Below are positions 56,949 through 64,000 of a stretch of DNA of 64,000 bases, piece by piece. The stretch spans positions 8,634 to 72,633 of the forward strand of contig JAQTYZ010000005.1 in NCBI GenBank assembly GCA_028688055.1, read 5' to 3'. The notes under the pieces are model-generated. The model was given only the letters and a program-made list of their open reading frames with translations, was not told where the DNA came from and ran no database searches. How positions within the stretch are numbered: the stretch's first letter is position 1; every line of letters begins with the position of its first letter. The position numbers and the translations under genes were made by a program. This DNA comes from Patescibacteria group bacterium. Its GTDB lineage: Bacteria > Patescibacteriota > Patescibacteriia > Buchananbacterales > UBA6539.

Positions 56949-57467
56949 TTAAGCGACCAGAACCAGGTTCGCCTGATTGTGCCACGTCGTCTCCGCGTAT
57001 ACGCCGCTGAAAGTGCCGATCGAGTCGGCCGTATTGGCGACAATGGTGGCCGCTGCGCTCGCTTCCAGATCGGTTCCCGCTCGGACGTACGCATCGTCGA
57101 CGGTGCCGTTGATGTTGGTCGCGTTGACCGTATCGGCCTGATTTGCCTTTATGGTAGTCGCAGTCTCAGCGGCAGCCAGCTTGAAAGGCGCGTCGGCCGA
57201 AGTCATTGCCGTGTTCGTCGGCACGATGCTCGGATTCGCCAGATTCGTCGGAGTCGTCACAGCCATGGCCATCGTCAAGGCCGGGGCCGTCATCGGAGTG
57301 GTGTTCGTCAGATTCGCGGTGTTGGTCGGCACGATCTCGTCGGCCGCATTCGTCGAAGTCGCAGCGTTAATCGTCGTCGCATTCGTCGGCACGAAGTAGC
57401 CAGAGGCCACCGCCAACAAAACCAGAAGCGGAATCGCCAGTAACGCGGTGATGTACGTCGGTTTCAT
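56949..57467 (-). CDS. secreted low-complexity Thr/Ala/Asn-rich protein with VPTN(A/T) repeats, in a G+C-rich island
   Basis: Signal peptide MKPTYITALLAIPLLVLLAVASG. Strong SD (ctaaggagccccaatcATG). The overlapping plus-strand Arg-rich ORF is judged an antisense artefact. Confidence 0.55.
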   Translation of the reverse strand: MKPTYITALLAIPLLVLLAVASGYFVPTNATTINAATSTNAADEIVPTNTANLTNTTPMTAPALTMAMAVTTPTNLANPSIVPTNTAMTSADAPFKLAAAETATTIKANQADTVNATNINGTVDDAYVRAGTDLEASAAATIVANTADSIGTFSGVYAETTWHNQANLVLVA

Positions 57468-57812
57468 GATTGGGGCTCCTTAGAGTGTGGCGCAGTGCGA
57501 CATTGCACTGCGATGTTGCGGTGGGTTCGTCGGATATCCGACGTGGAGCTGTATCACCCCCTTTCGTTTGTAAGGTGCATAATCACCTCCTCCCTACGCC
57601 AGTAAGCTTTGACGATCGATCTCGTCGCGGCTACAGGCGGCATGCCGGTAAGACGTTTAGTCGGACACCGACATGATGGGTTTCATCCGGCAGTAAAACC
57701 GCCGTATGATTATTGATACAAAATTATCAGAAAATTCCAAAAATGTCAAGCATTGAACTGATTTTTTGACTTAATGTAAGTAGATTATTTTAATAATTTG
57801 TGGCTAATAATT

Positions 57813-57861
57813 TTTAAAAAAAAGCAAAGTTTAAGACCCTCGGCGTGCAGCTGAGGGTCTT
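57813..57861 (-). terminator. intrinsic terminator (aagaccctc...gagggtctt, T-run on minus strand)
   Basis: Perfect 9-bp stem downstream of the 57898-58533 minus-strand gene. Plus-strand A8 run corresponds to the U-tail. Confidence 0.7.
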
Positions 57862-57897
57862 ACTAAGGGTTTGGAACGTGGGATCGTGGTGAGCCCA

Positions 57898-58533
57898 CTA
57901 TTCACTTTCTTTCGGTGGCAGTAACGAACTTACCACCTGGGTATAGTGTCGCACAATGGATCGCACGGCATACCCCGTCTTGGGTTCGTCCAGGGGCGCC
58001 CCCATATCCTTGGCAATGAGCCTGATCAGCCCGTCATGGGATTTGTTGTTCTCGATCCCGACGAGTTTTTGGAGGAGTTGACGAAGAGTTGTCGTCTTGT
58101 CGATTTCTTCGTTAGAGTCTAGCTCGATTCGAAGATTCTCGAGCCACCATTCACTTTGACGCGGGTCGCGGACCAGTTTGTCCAATGGTAGGCCGAGCAT
58201 GACGCCGGGCGCTATCTCGAACAATTCGAGGTGATCACCTTTTACGACGCCCCACATATACGGGGTGTCGAAACAGTTCTCGACCTCGTAGGATTTTTTT
58301 TGTCCGTTTTCATAGACCGAGAACGGGCAAGCCGCATGGGTATAGCTCTTCCGCCAGAACACTGGTTCTAGCTTGCCGGTTTCTGCCGACAAGACATTGT
58401 AGCCAGTTTTGTCCTTGACGAAGTTCATACCGGTTTTGCTTTCCTCGGCCACAGCCAGCGTCATGAAAAACGCCAGTACCAGCAACGCCACGAACGGCAA
58501 CAATGAAACGTGCTTCATGAGTCTTCCCCTCAT
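57898..58533 (-). CDS. secreted hypothetical protein in a G+C-rich island
   Basis: Signal peptide (MKHVSLLPFVALLVLAFFMTLAVA). No recognisable domain. Composition matches the neighbouring island gene. Confidence 0.5.
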   Translation of the reverse strand: MRGRLMKHVSLLPFVALLVLAFFMTLAVAEESKTGMNFVKDKTGYNVLSAETGKLEPVFWRKSYTHAACPFSVYENGQKKSYEVENCFDTPYMWGVVKGDHLELFEIAPGVMLGLPLDKLVRDPRQSEWWLENLRIELDSNEEIDKTTTLRQLLQKLVGIENNKSHDGLIRLIAKDMGAPLDEPKTGYAVRSIVRHYTQVVSSLLPPKESE

Positions 58534-58652
58534 TTATACGGAAACCTGATTGTCCCGTAATTATAGATTATATCATAATAATCGATGACTATCAAGGTTA
58601 TATTGGAAAATACCTAGCAGCGGTAAGACAATTTAGGCTAAAATTAGGGAAA

Positions 58653-58801
58653 TGTGAGATTGCCGCGTTCACTTCGTTCGCTCGCAATGACATGCCAGAG
58701 TTGCCTATTCGTCATTGCGAGGAGTGAAACGACGAAGCAATCCCAATGGTCACTTGTCATTGTGAGATTGCCGCGCTCACTTCGTTCGCTCGCAATGACA
58801 T
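58653..58801. repeat. two 41-bp direct repeats (40/41 identical) separated by a 67-bp spacer that holds a degenerate inverted copy
   Basis: Repeat tgtgagattgccgcg(t/c)tcacttcgttcgctcgcaatgacat at 58653-58693 and 58761-58801. Spacer segment gtcattgcgaggagtgaaacgacgaagcaa (58711-58740) is a partial reverse complement of the repeat. Confidence 0.7.
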
Positions 58802-58891
58802 ACAATAAGTTATTGACATAAAATAACAAAAATCCCCTGTTTGGGGAATTTAAGCTTATTAAATCCGATTTATTTAGAAAGCGATATTACA

Positions 58892-59686
58892 CTAGCGTGA
58901 ATTGTAAAATCCGTGTTTTATAAAATAATACCACGCACTTTTAAAAAATTGCCGTTGTTTTTTTATCGCCAATTGCTGAGCAAAACTCTGACCGCCATAA
59001 TGAATAATTTCCGCGCCAGCATAATACCAGACTTGCCAGCCAGCGTCATTGGCCCGCTTACACAAATCTACTTCTTCAAACCAAATAAAAAAGTTTTCAT
59101 CAAATAAACCAATTTCATCAAGCGCTTCGCGTCTGATCATAAAAAATGAACCGGCGACTTGGTCAATGGGCTGAGTTATTTTATAATTAAAATCCTTGGC
59201 TAAATAATAGTAAATGGGTGGAAGATTTGGAAAAATTTTGGCTAGCTTGGTAAAGATGAAAAAAATTGGCAAAAAGTCGGGCAGGCGTCTGACTGATGGT
59301 TGAACCGTCCAATCAGGATTTAAATGCTTGCAACCGGCGATGCCAATCTGATAATTTTTTTCCATAAAGTCGATCATTTTATTAAGGGCATCTTTAACAA
59401 TTACGGTGTCAGGGTTTAAGACTAAAATGTAGCGACCTTGGCTTTTTAAAATACCTTGATTATTGGCCGCGGCAAAGCCGAGGTTGTGCGTGTTGGGAAT
59501 TAAATCGATCGCTGGGAATTCGTTTTTGATCATTTCGACTGAGCCGTCGTGTGAGGCGTTATCAACAACGATAACTTCAATATTTAGTTTATTTTCTCTA
59601 ACAAAAATTGACTTCAAGCACTCACGCAGAAGTTTTTTAACATTCCAAGATACGACGACGATGGACAAGTCAATGTTACTGATCAT
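58892..59686 (-). CDS. glycosyltransferase family 2
   Basis: LSIVVVSWNVKKLLRECLKSI...VVDNASHDGS and DxD-type motifs. Confidence 0.8.
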   Translation of the reverse strand: MISNIDLSIVVVSWNVKKLLRECLKSIFVRENKLNIEVIVVDNASHDGSVEMIKNEFPAIDLIPNTHNLGFAAANNQGILKSQGRYILVLNPDTVIVKDALNKMIDFMEKNYQIGIAGCKHLNPDWTVQPSVRRLPDFLPIFFIFTKLAKIFPNLPPIYYYLAKDFNYKITQPIDQVAGSFFMIRREALDEIGLFDENFFIWFEEVDLCKRANDAGWQVWYYAGAEIIHYGGQSFAQQLAIKKQRQFFKSAWYYFIKHGFYNSR

Positions 59687-60357
59687 AGTTCCGTTATTTT
59701 TATTTCTCGCCAGTGACCTTCGGGCAGGTCACCTAATTCCAATTTTCCAATTCTAATTCTTTTTAATTTAACGACGGTGTATCCTAATTTTCCCAGTTGT
59801 CGCCTGATTTGTCGATTAACACCTTCTTTCAACACCAGCCGCGCTGATCTATTTTTTATTGAAGACACTTTAACCGGCCGTAGTCGTTTGCCGTCGATAA
59901 TCATCCCCCGTTCTAGCTTTCTGACATCGTCCGGTTTTAAATCTTGGTCTAAGACAACAAAATATTCTTTTTCCGAACCGTTTTTAGGGTGCGAGATGAC
60001 ATTGGCAAGTTCACCGTCATTAGTGAGTATCAGTAGTCCGGAAGAATCCTTATCAAGTCGACCAACCGGGTAAATTCGTTCGTGGGTATTTATTAAGGTT
60101 AGGACTGATTGACCTTGAGTGCTGACAGTCGAGCTAACATAACCAATCGGTTTATTTAGGGCCAGGTAAATTTTTTTGGATTTTAAATTTATTTTTTTCC
60201 CAGCATATTCAACGGTGTCGTTAAGCTCATCAATAACCGTGCCAAGTTTAGTAATAACTTCGCCATTAACTTTTATTTTACCGTCGACAATTAACTGCTC
60301 GGCTTTGCGTCGCGAAGTTATGCCTGAATCAGCGATATATTTTTGCAAGCGCATCAT
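59683..60357 (-). CDS. rRNA pseudouridine synthase, RsuA/RluB family
   Basis: S4 domain (RLQKYIADSGITSRRKAEQLI) and catalytic YPVGRLDKDSSGLLILTNDG. Confidence 0.85.
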   Translation of the reverse strand: MMRLQKYIADSGITSRRKAEQLIVDGKIKVNGEVITKLGTVIDELNDTVEYAGKKINLKSKKIYLALNKPIGYVSSTVSTQGQSVLTLINTHERIYPVGRLDKDSSGLLILTNDGELANVISHPKNGSEKEYFVVLDQDLKPDDVRKLERGMIIDGKRLRPVKVSSIKNRSARLVLKEGVNRQIRRQLGKLGYTVVKLKRIRIGKLELGDLPEGHWREIKITEL

Positions 60358-60391
60358 ATTATTTTATTCCAGTTTAAGTAGTTTTTTAGTC

Positions 60392-61069
60392 TTATAAGCC
60401 ATGTTTTTCTTTGATTATTTTTTCGGCCGTCTGATATTTTTTAACAGCAGGCAAAAATGGCAGATGGTAGAGAAACTTCGGTAACCATTGGCTCATTGTG
60501 CCGCCGCTGGCGATGGTAAAAAGCTCTTGATTGATAAAAACTCCGCTTTGGCCACGAGCCAACATCGTCAGCCATAAATCCCAGTCTTGAAATTTGTGTA
60601 GTTTTTTATCAAAGCCGGGAAAATCAGCGCGCCGAATTAGTGAAGTCGTGTGAATATATGGCATTTTTTTAAGCTTTTCGGGATCAAACGGCCAAAGGGC
60701 AAATGATTTTAGGCCAAATTTAAAGGATGAATAGGCATATGATGCTTTGGGGTGGTCAGTTAATGTTTGTAGCATCGTTGCCAACATTTTTGGTTTCATG
60801 GTGACATCGGCATCACAGAAAATAATAAATGGCGCTTTGGCGATTTTAGCGCCTTCATTCCTGGCTTTGGCTGCGCCGCCATTAGTTTGGTTGATGATAG
60901 TAATTTTATCCTGATATTTTTTCACTATTTCTAAACTATTATCGGTCGAACCATCATTAACGATGATAATTTCAATTTTTTTAAAAGTTTGCAAATAGAT
61001 ACTTGCCAAACATTTTTCAATCGTCTTGGCCGCATTATAAATCGGTATAACAACACTGATCTCAATCAT
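60392..61069 (-). CDS. glycosyltransferase family 2
   Basis: ISVVIPIYNAAKTIEKCLASI...VNDGSTDNS, CDADV. Confidence 0.8.
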   Translation of the reverse strand: MIEISVVIPIYNAAKTIEKCLASIYLQTFKKIEIIIVNDGSTDNSLEIVKKYQDKITIINQTNGGAAKARNEGAKIAKAPFIIFCDADVTMKPKMLATMLQTLTDHPKASYAYSSFKFGLKSFALWPFDPEKLKKMPYIHTTSLIRRADFPGFDKKLHKFQDWDLWLTMLARGQSGVFINQELFTIASGGTMSQWLPKFLYHLPFLPAVKKYQTAEKIIKEKHGL

Positions 61070-62256
61070 AAATTACCAATAAAGTTTTTTATTTTAGCGG
61101 TCTGAATTTGCCAATCAAATTCGTTGCTGGCTCTTTCGAGCCCCTGAAGTCCAAGTCTTTCGGCATAGGCGGTATCACTGAGTAATTTAATTGAGGCATT
61201 GGCGATTTCGTCAAGATTGGTTGGGTTTACGAGCAGCCCAGTTTTGCCATCAATGATGGCTTCAATGACCCCACCGTTTTTACCGCCGATAACCGGTTTA
61301 CCAAACATATTGGCCTCTAAAAAAACAATCCCAAAACCTTCAACATCACCATTAGATAATTGACGGTTGGGCATAATAAATAAATCACACATTTGATACA
61401 GCTCAGCAATTGCTTCCGAAGCCAGCGCTCCTAAAAATTTAACCTTAGTATTTAAGCCAAGCTTATCAACCAGGCTCTTGAGCTCATTTTTTTGCGGTCC
61501 ATCACCGGCAATTAAATAAATCACATTGGGAATTTGAGCGATTATTTTCGGCAGCGCTTTAATTACCATATCGTGGCCCTTCCGTTCTACTAGTCTGCCA
61601 ACGGTCAGTAATATTTTTTTACCGGTTAAATCGTTCTGATTGATCAGGGTGGAAATATCATTGGTTTTGGCTAAGTGCGGAAGTATAGCTGGGCAAGGAT
61701 AAGCAACGATAATTTTTTTCGGATCAGCTCCTAAAGCTACTAATTCATCAAAAGTGTAATGACTATTAGCAATAATACCATCGGCTTGGGCAATAACTTT
61801 TTTCAATATTTTTTTCTTGCGCATAAATTGTTGCGGTAACATAATATCTAGACCGTGGGCGAAAAAAATATAAGGAACTTTATAAATTTTTTTGTATAGT
61901 AATGCCAGGGTTCCGAGCGGCAAAATTTGTCCGGAGGCAATTAGCTCAATATTATGGTCAGCCACTAGCTTTTTTACATTACTGATAAGTGACAGCCATT
62001 TGACTGAGGCCGCTAGTTTAATGACACCGGCGATTGTTGTCGGCCAAGGACCGGACGGAATATTTATTAAATTTTTGCGGATAATTGGAAATTCTTGTTC
62101 ATCGTCAAAGGTGGCTGAGTTGATTTGGGTTTGTGACAAAACAACAATTTTATCGGGGGGCAGATTCTTGGCGAAATTATAATAATAAACCTGCTCACCA
62201 CCAACAGCCGGTGGAAAGTTTAGCGTTATTAGCAAAGTTTTTTTGAATTCGTTCAT
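61066..62256 (-). CDS. glycosyltransferase family 4
   Basis: GT-B fold with EGFGIVFLEANMFGKPVIG E-x7-E region. Confidence 0.85.
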   Translation of the reverse strand: MNEFKKTLLITLNFPPAVGGEQVYYYNFAKNLPPDKIVVLSQTQINSATFDDEQEFPIIRKNLINIPSGPWPTTIAGVIKLAASVKWLSLISNVKKLVADHNIELIASGQILPLGTLALLYKKIYKVPYIFFAHGLDIMLPQQFMRKKKILKKVIAQADGIIANSHYTFDELVALGADPKKIIVAYPCPAILPHLAKTNDISTLINQNDLTGKKILLTVGRLVERKGHDMVIKALPKIIAQIPNVIYLIAGDGPQKNELKSLVDKLGLNTKVKFLGALASEAIAELYQMCDLFIMPNRQLSNGDVEGFGIVFLEANMFGKPVIGGKNGGVIEAIIDGKTGLLVNPTNLDEIANASIKLLSDTAYAERLGLQGLERASNEFDWQIQTAKIKNFIGNL

Positions 62257-63686
62257 TAGAATTGATTTTTGGCGATTGTTTTTATTTCAGACCAAGTTAT
62301 CCCCTTAAAAATATATAAAGCGATAAAGTACGCCAGGGCGCCAAAGGCGGAAACGATAAGCAAATTGAAGATTGGTTTTATTAATATGACGACGACCACC
62401 ATTATTGCTACCGCCGTGGTTGATTTTATTAAAGTTTGAATGATAAATCGATAGTCGAGCGGAACAACTTTTTTTACCCAGTAGAAATCGAGGAATAGTA
62501 AGATGAAATTAGTGGCAAAAAAAGTTAAACCGGCACCAAAATAACCAAATTCCGGTATTAAAATTAAATTAAAGATTACGGCTAGGGCCGTAATGATGCC
62601 CCGGTTGATGGTATTATTTTTTTGGTGATCACAGGCATTTAAGAGATAGCCGGTTGGGAAGGCTAAGAAAATAAAGGGAATGGCTAAAGCCATTACCATA
62701 AAGGTAGGCAAAATTGGCAAGTAGGTTGGCCAAATTTTAGTAATTATTTGCGGTGCTAGCGTCACGAGGCCGGCGGTAATCGGCAAACTAATTAACGTCA
62801 GATATTTAAAAGCTTTGTCAAAAGTCATTTTAAGCAGATCTTTTGAGTGCGTATAATAGTAACTGAAGGCGGGAAAAATGACGGCGGCAAACGCGGCGGG
62901 AATTACTTGCTGAAAGGCGTAAACGACTTTGGCGGGGACAGCATAAAAGCCGACGGCCTTGTCATTTGCCAGATAGCCTAACATGACGGAATCGGAAGTG
63001 TTATAAATTTTTATAAAGATTCCGGCAATGGCAAACGACGGGATCAGCTTTAAAAAATATCGTGAAATTTCACGGTTAAATTTGGGCCGAAGCGAAAATT
63101 TAAGCCTAAATTTGATTAAACTAGCCGAAAACAGAAAATTGAAAATACTGGCAACCAAGAGGGCCAAGATTAGATCAGTTGTTTGGCCGGTGTATTTAAC
63201 CGCTAAGCTGCCTAAGACAAAAATAATCAGTTGGACTATAATAGTCGCGATGCTTTCGTACTTTAAATTTTGTTGTGAGCGGAATATCACCCAAAAGGTT
63301 AGGGAAAATGAGTCAAGCAACATGATAAAACTAGACAAATAGACTAATTCGGCAATGGCGGTTGGCTTGCCACTTAGTGTTATGGCCGACCAAACTAAAA
63401 CCATAGTAATTGCTGCTAACGGAATTTTTAATCCTAAGACTCCTTGCAAATAGTGATTGGCCTGGTCATTGTTTTTTGAGGCTTCACGAGTCAAAACTGG
63501 CGATAACCCGAGGTCAATTAAAATTGAAAATAAGGTAGTAAATGAAAGAGCAAAAATGTATTGCCCAAGCTGATCTGGTAGCAGATTATTTGAAATGTAC
63601 CAGAAATAAATAAAAGCCAGTATTTTTTGAAAGGTCAGAGCGGCGGTAAAATAAGTTGTATTCTTGGCGAGATTGGCCTTGATCAT
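62256..63686 (-). CDS. Wzx-type oligosaccharide flippase (MOP superfamily)
   Basis: About 14 TM segments, polysaccharide-biosynthesis-protein signature. First gene of the minus-strand glycan cluster. Confidence 0.75.
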   Translation of the reverse strand: MIKANLAKNTTYFTAALTFQKILAFIYFWYISNNLLPDQLGQYIFALSFTTLFSILIDLGLSPVLTREASKNNDQANHYLQGVLGLKIPLAAITMVLVWSAITLSGKPTAIAELVYLSSFIMLLDSFSLTFWVIFRSQQNLKYESIATIIVQLIIFVLGSLAVKYTGQTTDLILALLVASIFNFLFSASLIKFRLKFSLRPKFNREISRYFLKLIPSFAIAGIFIKIYNTSDSVMLGYLANDKAVGFYAVPAKVVYAFQQVIPAAFAAVIFPAFSYYYTHSKDLLKMTFDKAFKYLTLISLPITAGLVTLAPQIITKIWPTYLPILPTFMVMALAIPFIFLAFPTGYLLNACDHQKNNTINRGIITALAVIFNLILIPEFGYFGAGLTFFATNFILLFLDFYWVKKVVPLDYRFIIQTLIKSTTAVAIMVVVVILIKPIFNLLIVSAFGALAYFIALYIFKGITWSEIKTIAKNQF

Positions 63687-63843
63687 AAGTTAATTATACT
63701 AAAAAATTGGTATAAAAAAAAGCCTACATTTAGGCAAAAGGAAAGATTGAGAGTTTTTGTTGGGGGGAGAAGTTTGGGGGGAGTGTTGGGTTGAGGTTGT
63801 TTGGTTGGTTTGTTGTTTTTTTGTTTGAGTGAGATGGTGTTTG

Positions 63844-63889
63844 GGGGATGAGTTCTGATCCCCTTTGCAGAGGGTCAAAACTCATCCCC
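63844..63889. other. perfect 11-bp stem hairpin ggggatgagtt ... aactcatcccc inside a GT-rich G-tract region
   Basis: Read directly. Arms at 63844-63854 and 63879-63889. Upstream lie tttggggggag-type G-tracts (63760-63800). Confidence 0.6.
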
Positions 63890-64000
63890 TTTCCCAATCC
63901 ATCCACCAACCTGATAACCTTTTAAACTTCTTTCCTACTCTCAATCTTGACTATAGTGTAGCATACCCTAAAACGGTGTCAAGAGAAGTCTGGGTAGCTT

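Noticed and set aside
56898-57443. 181-aa plus-strand ORF, extremely Arg-rich (RRxRR runs)
   Set aside because: It is the antisense reading of a high-GC Ala/Thr-rich gene. The minus-strand ORF has a signal peptide and a strong SD, and the plus ORF has neither.
58653-58801. Possible CRISPR array
   Set aside because: There are only two repeat units. The 67-bp spacer is much longer than the repeat and contains an inverted partial copy of it. No Cas genes are anywhere in the window.
58644-58829. 61-aa minus-strand ORF with the peptide VIASERSERGNLT repeated twice
   Set aside because: The repetition comes from the 41-bp DNA direct repeat. There is no SD, and the ORF spans a repeat/inverted-repeat structure, so it is non-coding.
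1-64000. Alternative genetic code (UGA recoding as in some CPR lineages)
   Set aside because: TGA terminates hisI exactly where the protein family ends (11279-11281) and overlaps the hisG start. Other genes end on TAA or TAG at the expected family lengths. The standard code fits.

Overview
This 64-kb window is a gene-dense, low-GC bacterial chromosome segment using the standard code (TGA is the stop of hisI at 11279-11281). Almost all genes are on the + strand from 1-43 kb; from 44-64 kb genes sit on both strands. The content looks like a streamlined, CPR/Patescibacteria-like genome (inference from gene content and style only).

Identified housekeeping genes:
- Translation and RNA: rpsB-tsf, frr, def-fmt, greA, a 16S pseudouridine synthase, and aminoacyl-tRNA synthetases proS, lysS, serS, gltX.
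- Lower glycolysis: gap, pgk, eno and two tandem gpmI copies.
- Cell shape and wall: mreB-mreC-mreD-mrdA plus a second stand-alone mreB, alr-ddl-ftsQ, an M23 peptidase and rseP.
- Transport and replication: a MacB-like ABC exporter (ATPase plus two FtsX permeases) and holB.
- Envelope glycan machinery: a processive GT2 synthase followed by two GT2 genes and a clan-A glycosidase. On the minus strand there is a second cluster of two GT2, one GT4, a Wzx flippase, a Wzy/WaaL-like ligase and a TagA/WecB enzyme.
- Several lipoproteins and secreted proteins (Gmad2/GerMN-like, BNR repeats, FN3).

The most striking unexplained pattern is a set of short G+C-rich patches embedded in the AT-rich backbone. 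Each carries a non-core gene: a CYTH-like protein, hisI-hisG behind a TrpR/YerC-like regulator, several tiny proteins, and a roughly 1.8-kb island at 56.8-58.6 kb with two signal-peptide proteins next to a duplicated 41-bp repeat.

Other candidates worth a second look are listed in the findings. No Cas genes, CRISPR array, integrase, transposase, rRNA or tRNA could be supported, and no obvious new multi-gene defence system is visible.
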